From Candidatus Iainarchaeum sp. (GTDB taxonomy: Archaea; Iainarchaeota; Iainarchaeia; Iainarchaeales; GCA-2688035), in assembly GCA_028713935.1 (NCBI GenBank), contig JAQTNI010000001.1, positions 1,464 through 65,463 of the forward strand: DNA of 64,000 nt, written 5' to 3'. The translations under genes were made by a program, and so were the position numbers. The notes beneath the pieces were generated by a model. The model had not been told where the DNA came from and did no database searches. It saw only the letters and a list, made by a program, of their open reading frames with translations. This document shows positions 46,315 through 55,383 of this stretch, piece after piece. Position 1 is the stretch's first letter. Every line of letters starts with the position of its first letter.

Positions 46315-46680
46315 TTATTTTGCTGTTTTTACCCATGTTTCTGCAGAGTTTTTTTTGGGGTTGAAATAAAACCCGATTTCAAGAAGAGCCCGGCTTGTTT
46401 CATCGCCTTTTTTGTTTTTGATTGTGATAACAAGTTCATGCTCAAGGCTGCCTGGCTTTAAGAGCGATTCAATCTGCCTTTTTATAAAACTTGTTGCCTC
46501 TTTTTCAGGGGCATTCTCTAAAATCCGTGAGTGAGTTGCTTCCAAAAAATATGGCGCAGGGTTTGTGCTGAAAAAAGTTTTCAGCTTCGCCTCTAATTCA
46601 TTGAAAGAGGAAAAATCCCCTGTCCAGGTTAATTTTGTTTTCAATTGACCACAAAAAGCATTTTTGCAGAAGCAATTCAT
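46315..46680 (-). CDS. Hypothetical protein
   Basis: ORF only. Confidence 0.3.
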   Translation of the reverse strand: MNCFCKNAFCGQLKTKLTWTGDFSSFNELEAKLKTFFSTNPAPYFLEATHSRILENAPEKEATSFIKRQIESLLKPGSLEHELVITIKNKKGDETSRALLEIGFYFNPKKNSAETWVKTAK

Positions 46681-46686
46681 TCAGGA

Positions 46687-46962
46687 TTATTTTCTGCCTT
46701 TTTTTGCATGTTCCAAATATTTCTGATGGCAGTCTTCAGAGCAAAATCCCCGCAGGAACATTACTGTTCCGTCATCAGTGATGTCCTTGTCGCAATGCAT
46801 GCATCTTTTGTTTTTTTTAAGGCCAAATTTGTCGTAATATGGCTTGTCAGTAATTATTGGCAAATTCCCACCTCGTATAGAACCAGCTGCAATAATCTTA
46901 AAAATCTGAATCTTTTGGGGATTTCTGCTCTTGTTGCATTTATTTGTATCCACCATCAACAA
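46687..46962 (-). CDS. Small zinc-binding protein (Cys4 cluster)
   Basis: CMHCDK ... CSEDCH. Confidence 0.35.
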   Translation of the reverse strand: MLMVDTNKCNKSRNPQKIQIFKIIAAGSIRGGNLPIITDKPYYDKFGLKKNKRCMHCDKDITDDGTVMFLRGFCSEDCHQKYLEHAKKGRK

Positions 46963-47671
46963 TCAGGGTTGTTCCTGTGATATAGCTTGCATCATCGGAT
47001 GCCAAAAAGAGAACTGCCCTTGCCACTTCTTCAGGTTTTGCCCATCTTTTGAGCCAAATTTTTTCAGTTTCTTTTTCAATGTATTTTTTTGGCAAGTTTT
47101 TGTTCATTGCGGTATCAATCCATCCCGGAGCAACTGAATTTACAAGAATATTGGGGGCAAGGGCTTCAGCCAATGTTTTTGTTAAACTGATTACTCCTGC
47201 TTTCGCAGCAGCATAATCCATGGAATCAGGGTTTTGAGAATTTATCCCGCTTGTGGAAGAGATATTCACAATTTTGCCTTTTTTCATGAAAGGAAGAACC
47301 GCTTTTGCCACCAAAAAAGGCCCAATAAGGTTGACAGCAAGGGTTTTTTGCCATTGCTCAATAGTCTTTTCCTTAAAGGGAATGTCAAAAACAATTCCTG
47401 CATTGTTTACTAAAATGTCAATTTTTCCAAATTTTTTTCCAACTTCGCTTGCCATTCTTTTTACATCGCTTTCATTTGAAATGTCGGCTTTGACAAAAAT
47501 TGCATCGCTGCCCAGTGCCTTCAATTCTTCCAAAACCTTTTTTGCTTCAAGTTCAGAATTGTCACAATTAATTGCAATTTTTGCGCCTTCTTTTGCAAAT
47601 AGCACAGCACAAGCCTTGCCGATTCCCCTGCTTGCGCCAGTAATCAGAACTGTTTTATCCTTAAATCGCAT
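46940..47671 (-). CDS. Short-chain dehydrogenase/reductase (FabG-like)
   Basis: VLITGASRGIG, NNAG and YxxxK motifs. Confidence 0.85.
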   Translation of the reverse strand: MRFKDKTVLITGASRGIGKACAVLFAKEGAKIAINCDNSELEAKKVLEELKALGSDAIFVKADISNESDVKRMASEVGKKFGKIDILVNNAGIVFDIPFKEKTIEQWQKTLAVNLIGPFLVAKAVLPFMKKGKIVNISSTSGINSQNPDSMDYAAAKAGVISLTKTLAEALAPNILVNSVAPGWIDTAMNKNLPKKYIEKETEKIWLKRWAKPEEVARAVLFLASDDASYITGTTLIVDGGYK

Positions 47672-47726
47672 ATATAGTTTTATGAGGTTGTTAGCCCTTA
47701 AAAAAGTTTCTGCAATTGATAGAATC

Positions 47727-48449
47727 ATGGAACGCTTCTGGGAAATTGATTTTCTGCGCGGAATAGCAATAATAATGATGATACTGTTTCATTTGCTGTT
47801 TGACATTGCTTTTTTCACTAGCATCAAAGTTCCTGTTGATTCCGGCTTCTGGTTCTGGTTTGCAAGGGCAACAGCAGCAATTTTCATTCTCCTTGTGGGA
47901 ATTTCCCTCACAATAAGCCATCAGCGCACAATTGAATCAGGTGGCAAGGCGGGAAAAAAATTTTTTAAAAGAGGCACAAAAATATTTTGTTATGGCTTGT
48001 TGATAACAATTATTACCTGGATTTTCTTTCCAGGCGAATTCATTATTTTTGGAATACTGCATTTTATTGGAATTTCAATAATAATTTCCCAGTTGTTTTT
48101 CAATTGGAAATGGAAAAACCTATTGCTTGGAATGGCCCTTTTTCTTTCAGGGCTTTTTCTGCAGAATTTTTCCTTTAATTTTCCCTGGCTATTATGGCTT
48201 GGATTTAAGCCGGAACAATTTGCAACTTTTGATTATTTTCCCTTATTGCCCTGGTTTGGCCTTGTTTTAATTGGCCTGTTTGCAGGCAACCTTCTTTATC
48301 CAAAAGCAAAAAGGGCTTTCAGAATTCCGGAACTTGGAAAAAAGCTTTTTGCAAGAGAACTATGCTGGCTTGGCAAGCATTCCCTTGCAATCTATTTGCT
48401 GCACCAGCCGATTCTTGTTGCAATAATGCTAATTTTGAAAACAGCCTAA
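47727..48449 (+). CDS. Polytopic membrane protein (DUF1624/acyltransferase-3-like)
   Basis: FLRGIAIIMMILFHL N-terminal motif and multiple TM helices. Confidence 0.5.
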   Translation: MERFWEIDFLRGIAIIMMILFHLLFDIAFFTSIKVPVDSGFWFWFARATAAIFILLVGISLTISHQRTIESGGKAGKKFFKRGTKIFCYGLLITIITWIFFPGEFIIFGILHFIGISIIISQLFFNWKWKNLLLGMALFLSGLFLQNFSFNFPWLLWLGFKPEQFATFDYFPLLPWFGLVLIGLFAGNLLYPKAKRAFRIPELGKKLFARELCWLGKHSLAIYLLHQPILVAIMLILKTA

Positions 48450-50258
48450 TCATTCCCATTCAATTGTTCCCGGCGGCTTATGCGTAATGTCATAAAAAAC
48501 ACCTGAAACAGGGAATTTTTGCATTATTTCCAGAGCCATTTTTTCCAAAAACTTTTTTTCAATTCTTGCAAATTTAGCTGTCATTGCTTCCCTGCTGAAA
48601 ACAGGCCTTAAAACAACAGAATCAAGGTTTTTTCCATTAACAGAAACAGGAATCAAAACAATTGGGAACTGCCAGATTTTATTGTACAATTTTTTCTTTT
48701 CAATTGCTTTCAATGCAAAATCATCAATTTCCTGCAAAAGAAAAATTCTTTCTTTTTCCAAAAAACCTTTTTTCAATGCAACAGAAACAATTTTTTTTGG
48801 CTGCAAGGCAAAAACAACCCTGCTTATTCCTCCAATAGAATTAGTGATTCCAGTTGAAGTTTTTTCAAGCAAATCCCAGTCAAGCTTCCCCTCAATAACA
48901 GCTGCATTCCTATAACTCCTTGAATCCCCCTGAACACCAACAGATTTTATTGGCAAAACTTTTCCCTTATAACCCTTCTTTGAAGCGATTTCATCAAGGC
49001 TTTTTTGCAGTTCAATATTCTCCTCTGCTTCTTCTTTTTCAGAGCAAAGAATCCTGATTGCAAGCCCAGGCCCCGGAAAAGGATGCCTAGAAATCATTTT
49101 AGCAGGCAAGCCAAGCTTTTTTCCAAGCTCTCTCACTTCATCCTTATACAATTCCCTAATCGGTTCAATTACTTTTCCATCCTCAATCATCTGCTTTATT
49201 GATTCAACCCTGTTATGATGAGTCTTGATATGGGAAGCAAGCTTTGTTCCTGCGCTTTCAATTGTATCAGGATAAATAGTTCCCTGCCCCAAAAGCCACT
49301 GCCCCGCATTCAAATCAAGCCTTTCCAAATTTTCATTCACAATTTTTACAAAAAGATTTCCAATTATTTTTCTCTTTTCTTCCGGTTCAACCACGCCTTT
49401 CAATGAACCAATAAACTCATTGCTTGCATCCAAAAGCTTCACATTCAATCCCTGTTTTGCAAAAACACTCATTATTTCCCTGCTCTCGTTTTTTCTCATA
49501 AAACCAGTGTCAACATGCAAAGCAAGAATCCTTTTGCTTCCAAGAGCCTTTTTCAAAAGCACAAGAGCAACAGTGCTGTCTACTCCTCCAGAAGCAAGCA
49601 AAAAAACATTTTTTCCCTTTGCAAAAGCCCTTATTTCCAGAACTTTCTGTTCCACAAAATTCCTGATTGTCCAGGAACCAGAACAATTGCATTCCTTCAA
49701 AACAAAATTTTTCAGAATTTTCATTCCAAACCTTGTATGAGTAACCTCAGGATGAAACTGCAAACCAAAAATCTTTTTTTCAAAATCAGCCATTGCAGCA
49801 ATGTCACAATCAGAAGTAGAGCCAATAACCTCAAAGCCTTCAGGCAAGGCACTTACAAAGTCTCCATGGCTCATCCAGACATTTGTTGCAGCAGGCAAAG
49901 AAGAAAAAATTCCCTTGTTGCCTTTTTTATGCAAAGAAGCAACCCCATACTCCCTTACACCTGCTCTTTCAACTTTTCCGCCCAACTCTTTTGCAAGCAA
50001 CTGATGCCCATAACAAATTCCCAGAATCGGAATTCCCAAAGAAAAAACTTTTTTATCCAAAACAGGGGCTTTTTCATCATAAACGCTTGCAGGCCCGCCG
50101 CTTAAAATAATTCCCCTAAACCTCTTGAATTCTTCTATTGCAGAATCAGGAGCAATTATCTCTGAAAAAACATTCAGTTGCCTTACTCTTCTTGCAATCA
50201 AATGGGCATATTGCCCGCCAAAATCAACAACAGCAATTGTTTCCTTTGAAGAAACCAT
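48450..50258 (-). CDS. guaA: GMP synthase (glutamine-hydrolysing), fused GATase + ATP-PPase
   Basis: IAVVDFGGQY ... GICYGHQ amidotransferase half. LLASGGVDSTV PP-loop in the synthetase half. Confidence 0.85.
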   Translation of the reverse strand: MVSSKETIAVVDFGGQYAHLIARRVRQLNVFSEIIAPDSAIEEFKRFRGIILSGGPASVYDEKAPVLDKKVFSLGIPILGICYGHQLLAKELGGKVERAGVREYGVASLHKKGNKGIFSSLPAATNVWMSHGDFVSALPEGFEVIGSTSDCDIAAMADFEKKIFGLQFHPEVTHTRFGMKILKNFVLKECNCSGSWTIRNFVEQKVLEIRAFAKGKNVFLLASGGVDSTVALVLLKKALGSKRILALHVDTGFMRKNESREIMSVFAKQGLNVKLLDASNEFIGSLKGVVEPEEKRKIIGNLFVKIVNENLERLDLNAGQWLLGQGTIYPDTIESAGTKLASHIKTHHNRVESIKQMIEDGKVIEPIRELYKDEVRELGKKLGLPAKMISRHPFPGPGLAIRILCSEKEEAEENIELQKSLDEIASKKGYKGKVLPIKSVGVQGDSRSYRNAAVIEGKLDWDLLEKTSTGITNSIGGISRVVFALQPKKIVSVALKKGFLEKERIFLLQEIDDFALKAIEKKKLYNKIWQFPIVLIPVSVNGKNLDSVVLRPVFSREAMTAKFARIEKKFLEKMALEIMQKFPVSGVFYDITHKPPGTIEWE

Positions 50259-50311
50259 GAAAAAGTCAGGGCAAGAATCTTTTTAAATAAGATTCCTAAA
50301 AATAAACTATT

Positions 50312-50548
50312 ATGTTATCAATAAAATTGCCTAAACAAAAAGGCAAAACAAGCAAAATTCTTGATTCACAAGGCAAAGAAGTCATTTTTAATTGCCCAAA
50401 ATGCAACATTCCAATGCAACGGGGAAAAGAAAAATTTGACAAAGACAATTTTGGAGTAGCAAAGCTTACCTGCAAAAAATGTGGCAATGTACTTTATGAT
50501 TTTATGATTCCAAAAGAATCTTTTTTTGAACAAGGAGAAGCAGAATAA
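50312..50548 (+). CDS. Small zinc-ribbon protein
   Basis: CPKC ... CKKC. Confidence 0.35.
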   Translation: MLSIKLPKQKGKTSKILDSQGKEVIFNCPKCNIPMQRGKEKFDKDNFGVAKLTCKKCGNVLYDFMIPKESFFEQGEAE

Positions 50549-50622
50549 TCGCCTTTTAATTTTTCCAAAGCCCCAAGCACCTTTTTATTTAAATATTTGC
50601 ACAACTTATTATTTCAAGCAAT

Positions 50623-50868
50623 GCGGGGGTGGCAGAGCGGTCTAATGCGCACGCCTGGAAAGGCCTTTTCTTGCAAGCAAGAAAAGCCCTGGGAAAAGAA
50701 CAATTTGCTTTGCAAATTGGTTGATTCCCCGGTTCTCCCCAAAGGATAATTTCAGTTAGAAATTTTTTTCTTTGGGGTGGACTGCAGACCTTTCTTTTTA
50801 TTAAAAAGAAAGGGATATAGAGAGCGTGTTCTCGAAAGGGAGCGCGAGTTCAAATCTCGTCCCCCGCG
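50623..50868 (+). tRNA. tRNA-Ser (anticodon GGA) with a ~160-nt intron; its 3' end is the integration target (attL)
   Basis: GCGGGGGTGGCAGAGCGGTCTAATGCG 5' half, anticodon stem CACGC/GCGTG, loop CTGGAAA, long variable arm, T-arm GCGAG-TTCAAAT-CTCGT, acceptor 3' CCCCCGC. Confidence 0.75.
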
Positions 50869-50958
50869 TTAAACGAAAAGTTCAAATCCAATTGAACGGA
50901 AAATTCAAAAAAGAAGCTTTTTTATTTTGCTTGGAGCATAATTGTTATTGGTGGTATA

Positions 50959-51180
50959 ATGGATCAAACTTTTAAGGTTGTGATTGAGAACGGCATGGAC
51001 GGTTATTTAATTGCAGAAGTTCCAGAATTGCCAGGTTGCTATTCTCAAGGAAAAACCATGGAAGAGCTTTTAGGCAATATTAAAGAGGCAATTGAACTCT
51101 ATTTGGAATCGCTGCAAGAACTGGATAAAAAACCAGAAAAACGGTTTGTTGAAATAAAAGAAGTTGTCGTAAATGCCTAA
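50959..51180 (+). CDS. hicB: HicB-like antitoxin (UPF0150)
   Basis: GYLIAEVPELPGCYSQGKTMEELLGNIKEAIELYLE. Confidence 0.75.
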   Translation: MDQTFKVVIENGMDGYLIAEVPELPGCYSQGKTMEELLGNIKEAIELYLESLQELDKKPEKRFVEIKEVVVNA

Positions 51181-51400
51181 GCTCAAGCTGCTTGCGCCAA
51201 AAGAACTAATAAAAATCATTGAAAAACTCGGCTTCAAGTTTTTACGGCAAAAAGGAAGCCACGCAACCTTTGTCCATCCAGACGGAAGAATGACAGTAAT
51301 ACCAATACACAGCAACTCAAAAATAGATAGAGGATTGCTCTTGAAAATAATAAAAAAAGAACTGCAAATGGAAAGGCAAGAATTCGAAATATTATTGTAA
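51173..51400 (+). CDS. hicA: HicA-like mRNA interferase toxin
   Basis: KELIKIIEKLGFKFLRQKGSHATFVHPDGR. Confidence 0.75.
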   Translation: MPKLKLLAPKELIKIIEKLGFKFLRQKGSHATFVHPDGRMTVIPIHSNSKIDRGLLLKIIKKELQMERQEFEILL

Positions 51401-51441
51401 AAAAGGGCTGTGTTATAAATTGTCCGAAATGCAAGAAGAAA

Positions 51442-51710
51442 ATGGTTGAGGAAAAAGGCGAAACTCCCGAAGGCGCTACATACCATTATCACAAGTGTCC
51501 TAACTGCTGCGAGGAAATAGTTGACATGAAACAGTTGCACGCTGTTGCACAGCAATACAGGGAAATGAAAAAATACACTGCAAAAATCAGCAAATGGGGA
51601 GAAGCCTCGGCATAAGAATTCCAAAAGAACTCGCAGAACAACACTCCCTGAAACAAAACGGCGAAGTAACCTTGGTTCCGGAAAAAAAAGCAATAAAAAT
51701 AGTTGCATAA
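51442..51710 (+). pseudogene. Zinc-ribbon / AbrB (SpoVT)-domain gene split by an apparent +1 frameshift in a G4 run (~51596-51599)
   Basis: Frame 1 reads ...CPNCC...KISKWGEASA*. Frame 2 continues MGRSLGIRIPKELAEQ...VTLVP (AbrB swapped-hairpin motif). The W-G and S-L-x-I-R-I-P halves of one AbrB motif lie in two different frames. Confidence 0.45.
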
Positions 51711-51724
51711 AACGAAGCCAGAAA

Positions 51725-52168
51725 GTGCTTGGGCTGATTCAAAAGATAAATATAAAAATACGGGAAGTGCAATATATGGCCATGGCACGAACACTCAAAC
51801 AAAGAAAAAACCGAAGAAAAACAGGTGGCGTACTTGCTGTCAGCCCCAATCCACGTGAGGTATATCGTGAAGCTGATGGTTGGAGTGTTTTTCCAGATGT
51901 TCGGTACTATGTGCCTGGTAAGCGCATGACTAATTTTCAAGTGGCTCTCCGATTTTCCAATAAAAAAGGTTCCGATCGTTGGCGCTATAACCAATTTTTG
52001 AAACAACATGGTTTTATGGTAACAATGGGCGGTGATATTGTAAAGTCGCTTCCCGGCAAGAAATTTAGAATGCTAACAAAAACAGAGAAAGACAAAGTGT
52101 TACGCTTGTTAAAGTCGGGCTGGGCAGTATCTTATGGCCCAAGGCCAAAAAATACACGACAAAAATAA
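51725..52168 (+). CDS. Conserved hypothetical protein, paralog A, ending 8 nt before the att repeat region
   Basis: About 55% identical to the ORF at 53250-53687. Shared motifs RRKTGGVL, FPDVRY, GSDRWxYNQFLK, GDIVKxLPG and C-terminal SGWAxxYGPxPK. Confidence 0.5.
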   Translation: MLGLIQKINIKIREVQYMAMARTLKQRKNRRKTGGVLAVSPNPREVYREADGWSVFPDVRYYVPGKRMTNFQVALRFSNKKGSDRWRYNQFLKQHGFMVTMGGDIVKSLPGKKFRMLTKTEKDKVLRLLKSGWAVSYGPRPKNTRQK

Positions 52169-52279
52169 CCTGATGCTTGTCACGCGCATCATTAACGGCA
52201 TAGTGTTCAAATCTCGTCCCCCGCGTGTTTTTATTTCATAAACAATATGTTTTTAAATTGAAAACAGAATGTTTTTATT

Positions 52280-52822
52280 ATGCTTGCGAGTGAATTGTTT
52301 TCTTCAAAGGAGAGAATTGGGCTTATCAAGATTCTTTTTTATACGCCCAATTTGGAATTAAAAGTTAGGTCTCTTGCTCGGTTTGCAAAAGTAAGCCCTG
52401 CTCTTGTTTCCGGCACGATTGCGATTCTTAAGAAACAAGGAGCTATAAACAAAGGCAAAATTGATTTGTTGCATCCTTCTGCAAGGGCCTTGAAAATACT
52501 ATTGAATATTGAAAGCCTCACCTCTGCCAAATTTGTTCCTGAAATAAGAAGCATTTTCAAGGATTGCAATGGCATTGGTTTGTATGGTAGTTGGGCAAAC
52601 GGAACCAATTCAAAAGACAGTGATTTGGATTTTTGGGTAAAATCAGAATCTGAAAGCGAGGAAAAGTCGGCTAAAATAAGTCGTTTTGTTAAGCAGAAGC
52701 TTGGCTTGGAAGCCAGCATAATTATTCTTACACAAAAAAGGCTGAAAGAATTGAAAGAAAAGGATTTTGTTTTTTATTCAATGCTGTACAATTGTTTTTT
52801 GTTGTGGGGCGAAGGAATATGA
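52280..52822 (+). CDS. Minimal nucleotidyltransferase (MNT) with N-terminal wHTH
   Basis: GSWANGTNSKDSDLDF pol-beta-like nucleotidyltransferase motif. Confidence 0.7.
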   Translation: MLASELFSSKERIGLIKILFYTPNLELKVRSLARFAKVSPALVSGTIAILKKQGAINKGKIDLLHPSARALKILLNIESLTSAKFVPEIRSIFKDCNGIGLYGSWANGTNSKDSDLDFWVKSESESEEKSAKISRFVKQKLGLEASIIILTQKRLKELKEKDFVFYSMLYNCFLLWGEGI

Positions 52823-53235
52823 TTGATTTTAATGAGTGCCTTGCAAAAGGCCTTTTGGCAAGAATTCCCGCTTCAAGGGAAAAAGCTTTGCAGAGTATTG
52901 AGAAAGCAAAAGAACTATTGGAAGAAGCAAAAGCAAGCCTTGAAGAGGAAAGAATCAATTCCACAGTAATAGTTGCCTATCTTGCAATTTTTCATGCTGC
53001 AAGGGCACTGCTTTTCAAAGATGGTTACAGGGAAAAAAGCCACGAATGCGTAATCCGCTATCTGGAAGAAAAATATCCTGAAATAAAACCAGGGCAGATT
53101 GAAGCCTTGGAAAAATACAAAAGTGAAAGAACCCACACACAATACGATGTGAGTTATAATCCAAGCGAAGAACAAGCAGAAAAAATGATAAAATTCACGG
53201 AAAAATTCATCCAAACAATAGAAGAAATGATTTAA
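52819..53235 (+). CDS. HEPN-domain protein (partner of the MNT)
   Basis: IVAYLAIFHAARALLFKDGYREKSHE HEPN pattern. ATGA overlap with the MNT gene. Confidence 0.65.
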   Translation: MIDFNECLAKGLLARIPASREKALQSIEKAKELLEEAKASLEEERINSTVIVAYLAIFHAARALLFKDGYREKSHECVIRYLEEKYPEIKPGQIEALEKYKSERTHTQYDVSYNPSEEQAEKMIKFTEKFIQTIEEMI

Positions 53236-53249
53236 GCTGGTTCGCTTCT

Positions 53250-53687
53250 ATGCCTTGTTTTTTGGAAAATTATAAATATGGGCATGTGCTTAATACTATT
53301 GGTAGTTTAATGCGCGGTGTAAACAAAAATAGGAGAAAAACTGGTGGCGTACTCCGTGTTGGGAAACGACCACTTGAAGTTGGGATTTCGTTGGAAGATA
53401 GCGGTTTTCATGTTTTTCCCGATGTTCGATACCGCAGTGACCGAATGAGTAGATTTAAAACTTCTCGCAGGTTTTCTAACAAAATAGGTTCAGATCGCTG
53501 GCACTATAACCAGTTTTTAAAACCTCGCGGCTTTTGGATTACCCAAGCGGGCGATATTGTAAAACCCCTTCCGGGCAATAAATTTAGGTTTTTAAAGCTA
53601 TCCGAATTTCGGAAAGTTAGGGATTTGTTATGGTCGGGTTGGGCAAAGAGATACGGCCCAAAACCAAAAACAACTAAGCGAAAATAG
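53250..53687 (+). CDS. Conserved hypothetical protein, paralog B, ending just before the att repeat
   Basis: See paralog A. The start is probably the internal MRGVNKNRRK near 53310. Confidence 0.5.
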   Translation: MPCFLENYKYGHVLNTIGSLMRGVNKNRRKTGGVLRVGKRPLEVGISLEDSGFHVFPDVRYRSDRMSRFKTSRRFSNKIGSDRWHYNQFLKPRGFWITQAGDIVKPLPGNKFRFLKLSEFRKVRDLLWSGWAKRYGPKPKTTKRK

Positions 53688-54131
53688 CATCATTCTTGCC
53701 ACGCGCATCTTTAACAGTAAGGTGTTCAAATCTCGTCCCCCGCGTAATTTCAATTAATAGTCCAGAGTGTTGGCATATTAGTTGTAAGATAAAATCTTGG
53801 TTTGCTCATATTTGCCCTGTGTGCTTTTGCGAGAGCAAAATATTGGATTAGAGGCCGCAGAGGCTGTTTATTGGTGATGTTTTTGCGTTCTTGCTTTTCT
53901 AATTCTTTTTGGAGCCCACCTGTAACTTACAGATTTTCTGTTGTGATGATTTTTTTTGCTTAATAACTTTAAGAACAGGGTTCCAATTCTTCGGGCATTT
54001 TCCTGCGGATTTGAAGAACAATCAACAATATACAACGGTTTCTTATGTTGTATTGCAAGAGCCTTTGCTTCAAGTGCGCAGGCATAACATTCACGTTCGA
54101 TATCTTTGATACTTACAGAATGCCGTGTTTT

Positions 54132-54545
54132 TTATCTTCTGCGCATTTCCAGCCTGTTTTGCCTTCTTTCTTGGATTACCAGCGGGTTTCCTTTTATTAA
54201 AACAATTCCGTCAAAATACTTTGCGCATTCAGGAATCAACTGTGTAAAAATACTGGCATCATGCCTGATCCTGTTGATAACAAAGTGCCCATCAACTACA
54301 ATAAGTTTTTCGGGATATTTTCTGGCTAGGTCCCTGATTTCAAGTGCAGCTTCTTCAATAAACTTCTGCATCTCGCGATTCGTTTGTTCTCCAAATTTTT
54401 TTCCGGAAAAACTTTTTCTAAACTTTTTTTTTAAAAATTCTGCGCCACGAATATAATAGAACAGCGGCCCTAGTTTTTCACTTGCAAGCTTAATTGCAGT
54501 TGTTTTTCCCAGAGTATGTGGCCCCCCGACATAAATTAAAACCAT
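54132..54545 (-). CDS. P-loop NTPase / small nucleotide-kinase-like protein
   Basis: Walker A GGPHTLGKTT at the N-terminus. Confidence 0.5.
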   Translation of the reverse strand: MVLIYVGGPHTLGKTTAIKLASEKLGPLFYYIRGAEFLKKKFRKSFSGKKFGEQTNREMQKFIEEAALEIRDLARKYPEKLIVVDGHFVINRIRHDASIFTQLIPECAKYFDGIVLIKGNPLVIQERRQNRLEMRRR

Positions 54546-54644
54546 ACTTAACTTACCCCTCTTTTGTATATATTTTTTTGGTTATAAGAAAAAAATGAAT
54601 AAGCTTTTTATTTCCAAGTGCCCATTATTTACAAGGTAATTTGT

Positions 54645-55337
54645 ATGGCAAAAAGCAAAAAAGAATTTTCTGGAAAAAAGGATTGCGGAATTGTTGTTTC
54701 AAAGGATGGGCCTTATCTTGTTTCTGGCGGCTTGCCTCTGGTAAGGGAAATTGCTGTGCCTGACAGTGAAGGCCATCCTGTAAAATGGGTGAAAGGCAAG
54801 GTTTTTCCTGCCAAGGGAGATTATGCTCTTTGCCGTTGTGGACAGACTGAAAAAAAGCCGTTTTGTGATGGAACACACACTAAAATAGGCTTTGATGGCA
54901 CTGAAACAGCAAGCAGGAAAGAATTCCTGAAACAAGCGGAAAAAATCAGTGGGTCAGGCCTTGTTTTGTTTGATGCGCCAGAACTGTGCGCAGGAGCAGG
55001 GTTTTGCCATAGCAAGGAAGGGGATACATGGAACCTTACAAAAGAGTCTGATAATTTCAAATCAAAAAAAATTGCAATCCAGCAGGCATGCGATTGCCCT
55101 GCGGGAAGGCTGGTGGCTTGTGAAAAAAAAACAGGCAAGCCAATTGAACCTGATTTTAAGCCAGGAATCAGCATTACAAAATGGCAAGGCGAAAAATTTC
55201 CCGGTCCCTTTTGGATAAAAGGCGGAGTGCCAATAGAATCGCATGATGGAAAAAAATATGAAACAAGGAATCGCGTTACTTTGTGCCATTGCGGCAAATC
55301 AAGAAACAAGCCGTTTTGTGATGGCAGCCATATGTAA
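54645..55337 (+). CDS. CDGSH iron-sulfur domain protein (two CDGSH motifs)
   Basis: CRCGQTEKKPFCDGTH and CHCGKSRNKPFCDGSH. Confidence 0.8.
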   Translation: MAKSKKEFSGKKDCGIVVSKDGPYLVSGGLPLVREIAVPDSEGHPVKWVKGKVFPAKGDYALCRCGQTEKKPFCDGTHTKIGFDGTETASRKEFLKQAEKISGSGLVLFDAPELCAGAGFCHSKEGDTWNLTKESDNFKSKKIAIQQACDCPAGRLVACEKKTGKPIEPDFKPGISITKWQGEKFPGPFWIKGGVPIESHDGKKYETRNRVTLCHCGKSRNKPFCDGSHM

Positions 55338-55383
55338 GCAAATATTTTTCCAAGTTTTTTTGTTGGAAAGGTTATAAACTACT

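Larger units (their letters stand above)
50848..53745 (+). mobile_element. Two tandem integrated elements (or one element plus a remnant) inserted at the tRNA-Ser(GGA) 3' end
   Basis: The 22-bp sequence GTTCAAATCTCGTCCCCCGCGT occurs at 50848-50869 (in the tRNA), 52205-52226 and 53724-53745. The two internal copies share a further ~25 bp upstream. Cargo is toxin-antitoxin modules plus a duplicated unknown gene at each right end. Confidence 0.6.

Noticed and set aside
45893-46369. 158-aa plus-strand ORF spanning tRNA-Ser(TGA)
   Set aside because: It overlaps a complete tRNA cloverleaf with intron. Its translation is dominated by the repeat modules (PWERNT-type repeats), so it is an artefact.
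51070-51708. 212-aa minus-strand ORF across hicB/hicA
   Set aside because: Antisense to two strongly motif-supported genes. The hydrophobic low-complexity translation argues against it.
52170-53745. Interpreting the two tRNA-like 3' fragments as additional tRNA genes or pseudogenes
   Set aside because: Only the T-arm and acceptor 3' half are present. They exactly repeat the tRNA-Ser(GGA) 3' end and bracket cargo genes, which is the classic pattern of attachment-site duplication on integration.
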